Shown: positions 40,496-49,972, counted from the stretch's first letter. The stretch is DNA of 64,000 nt from Thermoanaerobaculia bacterium (GCA_963821225.1 CAWGCY010000007.1:158429-222428); one strand, 5' to 3'. Notes: generated by a model from the letters alone, not told the origin. Numbers and translations are program-made.

Positions 40496-41641
40496 TTATT
40501 TCTCGAGCTCCACGACGACGTCCACCGGGGCGCCGACGCGCACCGTGACGTCGACGGTCTTCGTCTTGTAGCCCGGGCGCGTGACCGTGATCGTGTGCGT
40601 GCCGGGGTCCGTGACGACGCCCCGCGGGTTCGCGGCGAGGTCCTCGGCCGCACCGAGGTACTTGTCGTCTACGTAGACAGCCGCGTCTTGCGGCGCGACC
40701 TTGAACCTCATCCGCGCGCGGTTGCCCGCGTGGCGTGGAAGGGGCTCGGGCCGCACGTCCATCCGCTCCTCGGGCACGGGCTGCTCGGGCGCTCGCCCGC
40801 GGTCGCTCCATCCGTCGTCACGCGGCGCGCGCCGCAGAGGGCGACGCGGCGCCGGCTGGGCCTCTTCCTCCGCCTCGGGACCGCCCGCCTCCGGACCACC
40901 CTTCGAAAAGACGCGGCCGAGGGGCGTGCCCTTCGACTCGGGAGGAAACTGGTCGAGCGCGCTCTTGCCGGGCTCGAGCTTCAGCTTCTGATCGAGCCTC
41001 ACGCGCTGGCCGCGGGAAACGTCGAGATCCGTCGCGAACGTCTGATACCCCGGAAGGCGGAATTCGAGGTGGTACTTCCCGGTTCCGAGGTAGAGGAAGT
41101 CGGGCATGCCGTCGAAGTCGTCGGCGCTCCCGATGTACTTGCCGTCGAGGAAGACCTGTGCTTCCTCCGGCGAGATGTCGGTCTTCACGATCGCGTACCG
41201 GCCGGTGCGCGCGGACACGCCGGCGCTCCCTTCGCCGTCGCCGTAGCCGTAGCCGTAGCCGTCATCGTCCCCCACGACGTAGACGCGCGAGCCTCCCCAC
41301 CACCAATAGTCATACGGCCACCAGCCCCAGCCCCATGGGTAGAACCCCCAGCCGACGTGACGAAAGCCTCTGCCGTGCCACCCGCCGCCACGCCAGGTCC
41401 CACCGCGGCTGCCGCCGTGGAACGCGGTGCCGCGGAACGCGGTGCTTCCGTGGCCCGAGGAGTGAGAGCCGCCGGCGCGGCTCCCGCCGCCTCCGGTGTG
41501 ACTTCCGCCAGCTCCGCCTGCATGCCCGCCGCCTCCACGTCCGGCGGCGCCTGCGATTCCAGGGTTCAAGAGGAGAGCCGCGGAGAGCGCGGCGCACGCG
41601 ACGAAAACCGGTCGAATTCGAGTTGAAGAGGAAGTGATCAT
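40496..41641 (-). CDS. Secreted PEGA-domain protein with Gly/Trp/Tyr-rich low-complexity region
   Basis: ATG 41641, signal IRPVFVACAALSAALLLNPGIAGA. The G-rich tract and GWGFYPWGWGWWPYDYWWWGG are followed by two PEGA-like modules (FRLPGYQT, VTRPGYKT). Confidence 0.75.
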   Translation of the reverse strand: MITSSSTRIRPVFVACAALSAALLLNPGIAGAAGRGGGGHAGGAGGSHTGGGGSRAGGSHSSGHGSTAFRGTAFHGGSRGGTWRGGGWHGRGFRHVGWGFYPWGWGWWPYDYWWWGGSRVYVVGDDDGYGYGYGDGEGSAGVSARTGRYAIVKTDISPEEAQVFLDGKYIGSADDFDGMPDFLYLGTGKYHLEFRLPGYQTFATDLDVSRGQRVRLDQKLKLEPGKSALDQFPPESKGTPLGRVFSKGGPEAGGPEAEEEAQPAPRRPLRRAPRDDGWSDRGRAPEQPVPEERMDVRPEPLPRHAGNRARMRFKVAPQDAAVYVDDKYLGAAEDLAANPRGVVTDPGTHTITVTRPGYKTKTVDVTVRVGAPVDVVVELEK

Positions 41642-41688
41642 TTTGGGGCTCCCGGACGAGCTTACGTGCCCCGTCCCCTTGGCGGAAA

Positions 41689-41704
41689 TGCAAAGGGCCT
41701 GCCC
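41689..41704 (-). promoter_or_regulatory. Sigma-54 (-24/-12) promoter candidate upstream of the PEGA gene
   Basis: The minus strand reads GGGCAGGCCCTTTGCA. GG-N10-GC spacing is exact, with a GGCA core and TTGCA. About 37 nt of leader and a GGGAG SD precede ATG 41641. Confidence 0.45.
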
Positions 41705-41742
41705 ACCGCGTTTGGACCGAATGTCCCCTGTCCCGGACGCCA

Positions 41743-42528
41743 TTATCGGCCTGTTGACGCCAGGGCGAGCGGAAGGAGGCCCCGCACGACCCCTCCCGGG
41801 TCGCTCCGCAGCCGAAATCCGCCAACCACCGAGTAGGCCTCGACGGCCAGGACGTCCGCGGAAAGCGTCATTCGCCGATACGCGCTGAGGCCCGTCGCGA
41901 ACCCCGCGTAGTCGCGCGCAGCCGCCTGGGACGCGAAAGCGTCCATCGCGCGTTCCTTTCGGGCCCGGATCCGCGTGATGTCGACGAGGAAATTCGGGCG
42001 GAACGGCTGGGAAAGTTCGAAGAACGCCACCGTCGCAGAATCCAGCGCCCGCGCTGCCGCGTCCGGGGCGGGACGTTCGGCGACCCGGAAGAGCGCGGCG
42101 GCGACCGCACGATGGTCGGGATGGGTCTCGACCGGCGAGGGACAAAAGACGAGGTCCGGCGCCGCCTCGACGAGCCACCGGGCGAGGAGCGTCTCGACCT
42201 CCTCGAGCCGGTCCCCGAGGCCGCGATCGGGAAGGCCGCCCGCATGCAGCGTCCCGCCGCCGAGCGCGTCGAGGGCCCGGCGTGATTCCTCGATCCTCGC
42301 GGCCGCGATGCGCCCGCGCTCTTCGGCATCACGCGCGCCCGCCGCGCCGTCCGTCACGAGGACGACGTCGAGGCGCGCCCCGCGATCGAGGAGGTCCGCG
42401 AGCGCCCCGCCGCAGCCGAGAACCTCGTCGTCCGGATGCGGAGCGAACACGACGACGCGGCCTGCCGCGAAGCTCGACGCCTCGTACGGCACGAGCTCGC
42501 GCTCGTCCGGAAAATCGGAGGGCGGCAT
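41743..42528 (-). CDS. PIG-L/LmbE-family N-acetylglucosaminyl deacetylase
   Basis: Motifs VFAPHPDDEVLGCGG and HPDHRA. Confidence 0.8.
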   Translation of the reverse strand: MPPSDFPDERELVPYEASSFAAGRVVVFAPHPDDEVLGCGGALADLLDRGARLDVVLVTDGAAGARDAEERGRIAAARIEESRRALDALGGGTLHAGGLPDRGLGDRLEEVETLLARWLVEAAPDLVFCPSPVETHPDHRAVAAALFRVAERPAPDAAARALDSATVAFFELSQPFRPNFLVDITRIRARKERAMDAFASQAAARDYAGFATGLSAYRRMTLSADVLAVEAYSVVGGFRLRSDPGGVVRGLLPLALASTGR

Positions 42529-42549
42529 CCCGGAAGCTTACCGCCTAGA

Positions 42550-43605
42550 ATGAGATCCGTGGTCGATCAGGCGGACGCTCCGCGCGTTTCCGTGCTTCTC
42601 CGCACGAAAGATAGGCCGGGCTTTCTCGCCGAGGCCCTGAACAGCCTGCGCGGCCAGACGTTTTCCGACTTCGAGACGGTCCTCGTGAACGATGGCGGCC
42701 CGATCCAGGCCGGGCTTCTCGTCCCCACTCCGGGCCGCGGCGTGACCGTCGTCGTCCCGCCGCGCCCCGGCGGAAGAACACGCGCCCTGAACACGGGCCT
42801 CGCGGCCGCCCGCGGCACGTACGTGGCCTATCTCGACGACGACGACCTCTACCTGCCCGCGCACCTGGACACACTCGTGCGCTTTCTCGACGGCAGCGAC
42901 GAGTACCGCGCCGCCTACACGTCGGTCCGCCAGGTCGAGCAGGTGCTCGGCGACGACGGCCGTTACCGCGACGGGCGCGAGATCACGGTCTACGGCAGGC
43001 CGTTCGATGCCGCGCGTCTTCTCTACAAGAACGACATTCCTCTCGTCGGCCTCGCGCATCGCCGCGCGCTCGCGGAAGAGGCCGGCGGCTTCGACGAGAC
43101 CTTCGACCAGTTCGAGGACTGGGATTTCCTCATCCGCCTCTCCGCGCGAACGCGGATCCATCACCTGCCGGTCGTCACCGCCGTCTACCGGCTTCGGAAC
43201 GACGCGTCGAACATCACGGCCGCCCGGCCCTGGCACTCCGGAGACGCGCAGACGGCCCGCCGCCGCCTGTTCGAGAAACACGCGGCCCGCCGCTCGGTCT
43301 CGACCGAGCTGGCCGTCATCGACAGCCTCGAGAACGACACGTATGCGCTCCGCGACGCGGCCGCGGAGGCCCGCGCGCGAAGCGAGGCGGATCGCGCGGC
43401 CCTGGCGGCGGCCGCTTCGCGCGAGGCGGAGCTCCGGGCCTCGCTGGCAGAGGCCGCGCGCCACAGCGCGGAGTCCTCCACGCGCGAGGACGCGCTCGCC
43501 GCCGAGAACGTCAGCCTTTTCGCGACCGTCGACGCCATGAACCGCTCCCTCGCGTGGCGCCTCTTCACGCCGTGGTGGAAGCTCAAGGAGCTCCTGAAGC
43601 GATGA
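42550..43605 (+). CDS. GT2 (GT-A) glycosyltransferase with C-terminal coiled coil and W-rich amphipathic tail
   Basis: ATG 42550. Motifs VSVLLRTKDRPGFLAEALNSLRGQTF, VNDGG and YLDDDD. The tail reads ...AELRASLAEAARH...MNRSLAWRLFTPWWKLKELLKR. Confidence 0.8.
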   Translation: MRSVVDQADAPRVSVLLRTKDRPGFLAEALNSLRGQTFSDFETVLVNDGGPIQAGLLVPTPGRGVTVVVPPRPGGRTRALNTGLAAARGTYVAYLDDDDLYLPAHLDTLVRFLDGSDEYRAAYTSVRQVEQVLGDDGRYRDGREITVYGRPFDAARLLYKNDIPLVGLAHRRALAEEAGGFDETFDQFEDWDFLIRLSARTRIHHLPVVTAVYRLRNDASNITAARPWHSGDAQTARRRLFEKHAARRSVSTELAVIDSLENDTYALRDAAAEARARSEADRAALAAAASREAELRASLAEAARHSAESSTREDALAAENVSLFATVDAMNRSLAWRLFTPWWKLKELLKR

Positions 43606-45614
43606 CGGTTCCGACCGCCGGCGTGCGCTGCGACCTCGTCATCCCGGTCTACAACGCGCTCCGCTCCACACGTGACTGCCTCGAGAGCGTTCACCGCTTC
43701 GCCCCGCCCTGGGCCCGCATCGTCGTCGTCAACGACGGGAGCGACGGCCGGACGACGGAGTTCCTGAGGGCGCAGAGTGGAATCGTCCTCCTCGAAAACG
43801 AGGCGAATCTCGGTTTCGTGAAGACCGCGAACCGCGGCCTTCTCTACTCCGACGCGCCGTGGGTCTGTCTCCTCAACTCGGACACGCTCCTCACGGAGGG
43901 AGCCCTCGAACGAATGGTGGCGTGGTGCGAGAAGGATTCGACGATCGGCCTCTGCTGCCCGCTCGCAAGCAGCGCCATGAATCTTTCCGTGAACCTTCCT
44001 CAGGGAGCCGATGTCTTCTCCTTCGCTCGCCGCGTCGCGCGAACGAGCCCCGCGCGGTACCCCGACGCGACGACGATCGTCGGCCACTGCCTCCTCGTGA
44101 GACGCGAGGTCATCCGAACGCTCGGCGTCTTCGACGAGGTCTTCGGGCGCGGCTACTGCGAGGAGACCGACCTCCACTATCGAGCGCGCGCGGCGGGCTG
44201 GCGGTGCGTCGTCGCGGACGACACATGGATCCACCACCGCCAGGGCGCGAGCTTCCCCGACTCCGACCAGCGCATCGCCCAGAACCTCAGGATCCTGATG
44301 TCCCGCTGGAAGAAGATGCACGAGAAGGAGCTCGCGGATTTCGACGCGAAGAACGAGCTCGGCGCCGTGCGCGATGCCGCGACGTCCGAATGGACGCTGC
44401 CGGACCCCGACCCGGCGCCGCCTTACGACGTCCTCTTCGTCCTGCCGCTCCTCGGGATCTACGGAGGCGTGGCGGACGTCCTCGAGCTCGCGAACGCGCT
44501 CGTTCTCCAGGGCGTCAACGCCGGGGTCGTCGTCTTCGAGACCGTGCCGCCCGAAATCGAGATGGAGCTCTTCTTCCGTCCGCTGCGCCTCTCCGCGGCC
44601 GAATTCCTCGAACGCTGTCCGCCGGCGAAGCTCCTCGTCGCCACCGGCTACCAGACCGCCGCCCATGTGGCGGCGGCCGCGGCGTCCCGCGGAATTCAGA
44701 CGGCTTACTTCGTCCAGGACTACGAGGGCTGGTTCGGCTTCGACTCACCCGAGTACGTCGCGCGGACGTACGACCTCATTCCGCGCATCGTCACGATCTC
44801 GACCTGGATCGCGCGCGAGATCGAGAAGCGCCACGGGCACTCGGCGACCCCCATCCCGATCAGCGCGGATCCGGACGTGTACTACCCGCGAGGGGACCGT
44901 CCGGCGGTTCCGCCCGTTCGCATCGCGGCGATGCTGAGGCAGGACGAACGCCGCGGCATGAGGTTCCTTCTTCCCGCGCTCGCCGAGGTCGCGAACCGGC
45001 CCGACGTCGAGATCGTCCTCTTCGGGCATGCAAAGGTGCCGGCCGACGCGCCCCGCTTCCGGCACGAGCACCTCGGAACGCTGCAACGGGACGCGGTCCC
45101 GAGACTCCTCTCGACGGTGCACGTCGTGATCGATCCTTCCCTCTTTCAGGGCTTCGGCCTCATCGGGCTCGAGGGCATGGCGAGCGGGGCCGCGTGCGTC
45201 CTGACGGACTCCGGCGGCGTCTCCGAGTACGCGGTCCACGACGTCAACGCCCTCCTCGTGCCCCCGCGGGATTCGCGCGCGCTCGCGGCAGGCATCCGGC
45301 GCCTGCTCGACGACCCGGCACTCCGCGAGCGCCTCGCGGCAAGAGGCGTCGAGACGGCCCGCCGCTTCACGTGGAAGCTCACGGCGACGCGCTTTCGCAC
45401 GTTCATGGACGGTCTCCCCCCTGCCCGGCCGGTATCGCCCGGCGAGCGCGCCGCGCTCGAGCTCCTCGCCTTCGAGCACCGCACGCGCACGAGCCTCGTG
45501 GCCGAGCGACACGAGCTCGGGAAGACGCTGAGCGCGATCGCCGGTTCGCGCGTCTGGAAGGCCGCTCAGCTAGCGCGCCGCGTGCTTCGCCCGCGCCCGA
45601 GAAAGGCGCGCTAG
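43602..45614 (+). CDS. Bifunctional glycosyltransferase (N-terminal GT2, C-terminal GT1/GT4 domain)
   Basis: The ATG overlaps the upstream stop (ATGA). GT2 motifs: DLVIPVYNA, VNDGSDG, LNSDT. GT1 motif: QGFGLIGLEGMASGAACVLTDSGG. A basic amphipathic tail follows: SRVWKAAQLARRVLR. Confidence 0.8.
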   Translation: MTVPTAGVRCDLVIPVYNALRSTRDCLESVHRFAPPWARIVVVNDGSDGRTTEFLRAQSGIVLLENEANLGFVKTANRGLLYSDAPWVCLLNSDTLLTEGALERMVAWCEKDSTIGLCCPLASSAMNLSVNLPQGADVFSFARRVARTSPARYPDATTIVGHCLLVRREVIRTLGVFDEVFGRGYCEETDLHYRARAAGWRCVVADDTWIHHRQGASFPDSDQRIAQNLRILMSRWKKMHEKELADFDAKNELGAVRDAATSEWTLPDPDPAPPYDVLFVLPLLGIYGGVADVLELANALVLQGVNAGVVVFETVPPEIEMELFFRPLRLSAAEFLERCPPAKLLVATGYQTAAHVAAAAASRGIQTAYFVQDYEGWFGFDSPEYVARTYDLIPRIVTISTWIAREIEKRHGHSATPIPISADPDVYYPRGDRPAVPPVRIAAMLRQDERRGMRFLLPALAEVANRPDVEIVLFGHAKVPADAPRFRHEHLGTLQRDAVPRLLSTVHVVIDPSLFQGFGLIGLEGMASGAACVLTDSGGVSEYAVHDVNALLVPPRDSRALAAGIRRLLDDPALRERLAARGVETARRFTWKLTATRFRTFMDGLPPARPVSPGERAALELLAFEHRTRTSLVAERHELGKTLSAIAGSRVWKAAQLARRVLRPRPRKAR

Positions 45615-45628
45615 AAGCTGTGAGTGAT

Positions 45629-45654
45629 GGGGGAAACACGGTCGTGTTTCCCCC
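45629..45654. terminator. Perfect 11-bp hairpin between convergent genes (bidirectional terminator candidate)
   Basis: GGGGGAAACAC-GGTC-GTGTTTCCCCC. No long U tract follows on either side. Confidence 0.45.
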
Positions 45655-45688
45655 CTTCCCCCTTCACCGCTCGAGACACGCCGGTGCG

Positions 45689-46753
45689 TCAGGAGAGCGC
45701 GCCCTCGGCGAGGATGCGGCCCGTCGCGGGGTCCACGGCCCGCACGAACCACGTCGCGCCGCCGAAGCCGTGCCTGACGTCTTCCGGCAGCCGCCAGGAG
45801 CCGCCCGTGGCGTGCGGATCGAGCGCGAACGCCCCGAAGTCCGGAATGGGCGAGAGCGCGATGGCCGCGGAAGGCGCGTCGAAGAAGAGGACGCCGTCCG
45901 CGAGAGGCGCCGGCATGGGAGCGCCGGCCGGCGACGAGGGCGGACGTCTTGAACGAGCGTCGAGCGCGCGGCGGCCGCTCTCGCCGAAGTGCGTCTCGAA
46001 ATAGCGGCGCTCGGACGCCGCGAACCAGGCCTTGGCGTGCGGCTCGAGCCGGGCGCTCTGGTTGTACCTGTGGACGACTCGCGCGGCGCCGACGCGCCAC
46101 AGCCGGCCTCCGGCCCTTCTCAGGCGCCTCTGCCAGTCGTTCTCCTCGAAGTAAAGGAAATAGCCCTCGTCGAAAGGCCCGACGCTCTCGAGCGTTCGCC
46201 GCGACACCGCGACGAACGCCCCCGAAAGGGCACCCGCGGGGCGCGTCTCCCGGCGCTTTGTCCCTTCGGCCGCGCGCCACGCGCGCCGGAGCCGTCGCAG
46301 GAAGGCCGCCCGGGCGCCCACTCCCGCGAGCCTCCGGCGCGCGAGCTCGAACGGGTGGGGTTCCTCCGCGGGCGGCAGATGGAGCGTCTCTCCCTCGTCG
46401 AGAAAGAGCGCCGGTCCCGCCGCGACGAGGGGGTTGCGCGCCGCGGCCGCGAGCGCCGCGAGCGCCCCCGCGCGGACGAGGACGTCGGGATTCGCGAGTA
46501 CGAGGATCTCCCCGCGCGCGACTCCGATTCCTGCATTGAGGCCTCCCGCGAAGCCGAGGTTGCGGCCGGACGTGAGGACACGATCGGCACCCCGCGCGAG
46601 AACGCGCGCTTCCTCCGGATCGCCCGAGTTCACGACGGCGATCGCCTCGAGCGCGAGTTTCGCGTTCGCCGCATCGGCGCGCAGGCTCTCGATCGCACGG
46701 GCGGCCAGACCCGCGGAGCGATAGCTCACGAAGACGGCGGAAATCAGGGGCAT
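45689..46753 (-). CDS. GT2-family glycosyltransferase
   Basis: ATG 46753. Motifs ISAVFVSYRSA, VVNSGD, GFAGGLN, NPDV and FEENDW. Confidence 0.75.
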   Translation of the reverse strand: MPLISAVFVSYRSAGLAARAIESLRADAANAKLALEAIAVVNSGDPEEARVLARGADRVLTSGRNLGFAGGLNAGIGVARGEILVLANPDVLVRAGALAALAAAARNPLVAAGPALFLDEGETLHLPPAEEPHPFELARRRLAGVGARAAFLRRLRRAWRAAEGTKRRETRPAGALSGAFVAVSRRTLESVGPFDEGYFLYFEENDWQRRLRRAGGRLWRVGAARVVHRYNQSARLEPHAKAWFAASERRYFETHFGESGRRALDARSRRPPSSPAGAPMPAPLADGVLFFDAPSAAIALSPIPDFGAFALDPHATGGSWRLPEDVRHGFGGATWFVRAVDPATGRILAEGALS

Positions 46754-46770
46754 GAGGTATTTTCGGACCG

Positions 46771-47733
46771 ATGCCCGTGGAAGTGCGCCCCGCGACGTCT
46801 GCCGACCGGCCGGCTCTTCTCGCCCTCTTCCGCGCGGCGTTCCGGGCCGAAGCCTCTCCGGAAGATTGGGCCTGGAAATACGACCGTTGCCCGCACGCCG
46901 CGGTCTCCGTCGGCGCATTCGAAGGAGAGAAAGCGATCGGCCATTTCGGCGGCCTCGGGACGCGCTACCGCGGACGCGAAGGCGATCTCCCCGGGGTCTC
47001 CGCGGTGGACGTGATGACCGCGCCGTCGTCTCGCGCGCTCGGGCGCCGCACTCTGTTTCGGCGCATCGGCTCGGAGTTCTTCGACCGGAACGGAGCGGCG
47101 GGCGCTCCGTTCGTCCTCGGGTTCCCGAACGACCGGCACCTCCTGGCCGGGGAACGCATTCTCGGGTACGTCTCCGTCGAGCCCGCCGCGGAATGGACGC
47201 GCCGTGCCGGCGGGCCGGGCCTCCTCTCGCGGCTCCGGCGGCGCCGGCTGCGGCACCGCCGCGGCTCGTCGGTCTCTTCGGCCCACGACGCGCTCGCCGA
47301 AGAGCTCCACGCGCGCGCGGGCTGGCGCACCGACCGCTCGCGCGCCACGCTCGACTGGCGCTTCGCGCGCCCGGGCGTCTCGTACGAGGTGCACGAGCTC
47401 CTCGACGGACGCGGCCGTTCGACGGCGTATGCCGCCGTCCGGGTCGTCGCCGGTCGCGCCCTCCTCGTCGATCTCCAGGCCGCCGACGAAGAAGGCGGCG
47501 CCGTGCCGGAGCTTCTCGACGCGATCGCTGCGACGCTCGCCGGAACCGGGGCGCAGACACTCGTCTTGCGGGCGGGATCGGCGAGCGGTCTCGCCGCCCG
47601 CGCCGCCGAGCTCGGCTTCTCGCGATCGGACACCGACACCCATTTCACCGTGCGCCCGTTCCATCCCGCGTTCGACCTCGGGACGGCCGCGGCCGCATTC
47701 GACTACCGGTTCCTCGATCACGACGTCTTCTGA
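46771..47733 (+). CDS. GNAT-family acyl/acetyltransferase (two-domain)
   Basis: The N-terminal pattern VEVRPATSADRPALLALFRAAF ... VMTAPSSRALGRRTLFRRI is typical of the GNAT A-motif region. The 3' end overlaps the next gene convergently by 16 nt. Confidence 0.6.
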   Translation: MPVEVRPATSADRPALLALFRAAFRAEASPEDWAWKYDRCPHAAVSVGAFEGEKAIGHFGGLGTRYRGREGDLPGVSAVDVMTAPSSRALGRRTLFRRIGSEFFDRNGAAGAPFVLGFPNDRHLLAGERILGYVSVEPAAEWTRRAGGPGLLSRLRRRRLRHRRGSSVSSAHDALAEELHARAGWRTDRSRATLDWRFARPGVSYEVHELLDGRGRSTAYAAVRVVAGRALLVDLQAADEEGGAVPELLDAIAATLAGTGAQTLVLRAGSASGLAARAAELGFSRSDTDTHFTVRPFHPAFDLGTAAAAFDYRFLDHDVF

Positions 47734-48722
47734 GAGAAAACGCGCTCGAGCTCGTCGAGAACTCTCTCGATCGTGAACGTACCGGCGACCTCGAGACCGC
47801 GGGCGCGCCGCGCCGCCCACAATGCCGGATCGTCCAGAAGGCGGGCCGCCTCCCGCGCCGTCGCCGCGGAATCGCCGACCGGCACGCGGGAGACGGCGTC
47901 AGGGGGCAGAACGGCGAGAGACGGAATGTCGGAGATCACCACGGGCACCCCCGCCGCCATCGCCTCGAGCGGAGGGAGCCCGAATCCTTCAGCATGGGTC
48001 GAGGAGAAGAGTAGAAGGTCGAGCCGGTGATACCAGTTCGCCATCTCGTCCACGGAAATGGCGTGGGCGTAGAGGTCGCACGGCCCCATCGCCTTTTCGG
48101 CATCGAGCATCGGCATCAGGCTCGCGCGATGCAGGATCACCGCGCGCCCGGCCTCGCGAAGGCGCGCGACGGCCCGGAGCGACGACGGAACGCCTTTGAT
48201 CGAAAACTCGAAGGGGCCCACGATGCCCACGACCGGAGGCACGCGCGGAGCCGGCCGGAACTCGAGAGGGCGGAACTTCTCCGCTCGGAGAGTCTGTGGC
48301 AGGACGTGAAACGGGCCGGGAAACCGGCCTTCGAACAGATCTTTCAGATGCGACGAGATGAGCAGCTTCGGGACAGGCGTCCGATACGCCTCTTCGATCT
48401 CGTCCTGCCGGTGAAAGCAATTCGGGTACAGCGCCTCGTAGCCCTGGCTGAAGTGAACGATTTTCGGCGCGCGTCGCGCGCGGACGGTCGGGACGACGGT
48501 CGGAAACCACGTGGCGACGTGGACTTCCGCTTCGGGGAGAGTGGCCGCGTCGAAACCCGGAACTTCGATCACCGGAACACGGACGTCTATCCAGTCGTGG
48601 CGCGCGTCCTTCGTCACGACTACGACTTCGTGTCCTCTCGACGCCAGCCCCTCCGCGTGCTCGACGATGACCTTGACGCCGCCCGACATCCCGAGCGACT
48701 CGAGAACGTAGACGATCCTCAT
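47718..48722 (-). CDS. GT4-family glycosyltransferase
   Basis: ATG 48722 overlaps the wzt stop (ATGA). Motifs MRIVYVLESLGMSGGVKV and STHAEGFGLPPLEAMAAGVPVV. Confidence 0.8.
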   Translation of the reverse strand: MRIVYVLESLGMSGGVKVIVEHAEGLASRGHEVVVVTKDARHDWIDVRVPVIEVPGFDAATLPEAEVHVATWFPTVVPTVRARRAPKIVHFSQGYEALYPNCFHRQDEIEEAYRTPVPKLLISSHLKDLFEGRFPGPFHVLPQTLRAEKFRPLEFRPAPRVPPVVGIVGPFEFSIKGVPSSLRAVARLREAGRAVILHRASLMPMLDAEKAMGPCDLYAHAISVDEMANWYHRLDLLLFSSTHAEGFGLPPLEAMAAGVPVVISDIPSLAVLPPDAVSRVPVGDSAATAREAARLLDDPALWAARRARGLEVAGTFTIERVLDELERVFSQKTS

Positions 48723-49933
48723 CCGGGGCCGTCGCCGCCCACGGGAAGCGACATCCAGGTCAGGGGCGGACTCATCAGGCCGTTCCGCCACGTGTCGGAC
48801 TCGACGCGGAACGTGCGGCTCCGCGAGTCGTACAAGGCAAGCGCCTTCTCGTCACCCAGGAACGCGGTCGCGACGAACTCTCCCTTCCCGAGAGGCAGCT
48901 GTTCGAGAGCGATGCGGACCCGGTACGTCTTCCGCCCGCCGAACGGCCCCGCGCCGTCGAGGCGCGAGTCGGCCGTGAAGCACACCACGTTGTCGAGCGT
49001 CGCGACGCCGAGATGCACCTGCATGAGCCGTTCGGGAACGTCGCCTTCGAACGAAACCTCGGCGGCCCACGGCTCGTTCGGACGGAACGCGTCCGTCTCG
49101 CGCCCCTCGGTGCCGACGAGCGAGAAGCCGGTGATGCGTCCGTGCGAATCCGCGGGCGGGCGGGCGTGGTGGTCCACGGCGACGTCCTTCCGGGCGAGGA
49201 AACGCTCGTACTCGAGGACGACGCTCTGCGCGTCGCCCATGGCCTCCACGCGGCCCGCGTTCAGCCACAGCGCGCGGTCGCAGAGCGTCGACACGTAGTA
49301 CATGGCGTGGCTGCAGAAGAAGATCGTCTTGCCCGAGGCCTTGAGCTCGAAAATGCGGTCGACGCACTTCTTCTGGAAGCGGCCGTCGCCCACGGCGAGC
49401 GCCTCGTCGAGCAGGATCACGTCGGGCAGGACGGCCGTGGCGACCGAGAACGCGAGCCTCATCTGCATGCCCGACGAGTACGTCTTGACGGGCCGGTCGA
49501 AGAAGTCGCCGAGTTCGGCGAACGCCTCGATCTCCGGCAATGCCGCCGAAACCTCCTCGCGCGAGAGCCCCGCGAGAGCCGCCTGCAGGACCACGTTGCG
49601 CCGGCCCGTGTCGTCCGGATGGAAGGCCGTGCCGAGCTCGAGGATCGACGCCACACGCCCCGGCAGGCTCACGCTGCCGGACGTCGCGGTCGTGGTTCCG
49701 GCGAGGATCTTGAAGAGCGTGCTCTTGCCCGACCCGTTCTCGCCGATGACGCCGAGGACCGAGCCCTTGGCGATCCCGCCCGAGACGTCGTCGAGGGCCC
49801 GCACCTCGGCGTGCCGGGGGCGGCCCGTCAACGCCTCGAAGAAGCGGTCCCGAGGAGCCGGGTAAAGCCGGTAGACCTTGCTCAGGTTGGAGAAGGAGTA
49901 GGAAAGGGGGGATTCGGCCATCGCCGCTCCCAT
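48719..49933 (-). CDS. wzt: Polysaccharide ABC exporter ATP-binding protein with C-terminal glycan-terminus-binding-type extension (Wzt/TagH-like)
   Basis: Walker A GENGSGKST, signature YSSGMQMRLAF, Walker B ILLDEALAVGD. A roughly 150-aa C-terminal beta-rich extension resembles that of Wzt. The alternative ATG at 49921 is equally possible. Confidence 0.85.
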   Translation of the reverse strand: MGAAMAESPLSYSFSNLSKVYRLYPAPRDRFFEALTGRPRHAEVRALDDVSGGIAKGSVLGVIGENGSGKSTLFKILAGTTTATSGSVSLPGRVASILELGTAFHPDDTGRRNVVLQAALAGLSREEVSAALPEIEAFAELGDFFDRPVKTYSSGMQMRLAFSVATAVLPDVILLDEALAVGDGRFQKKCVDRIFELKASGKTIFFCSHAMYYVSTLCDRALWLNAGRVEAMGDAQSVVLEYERFLARKDVAVDHHARPPADSHGRITGFSLVGTEGRETDAFRPNEPWAAEVSFEGDVPERLMQVHLGVATLDNVVCFTADSRLDGAGPFGGRKTYRVRIALEQLPLGKGEFVATAFLGDEKALALYDSRSRTFRVESDTWRNGLMSPPLTWMSLPVGGDGPG

Positions 49934-49972
49934 GTTGCCCGAAGGCTTCCCGGCGCGGAAGCTCTCCGCCCG

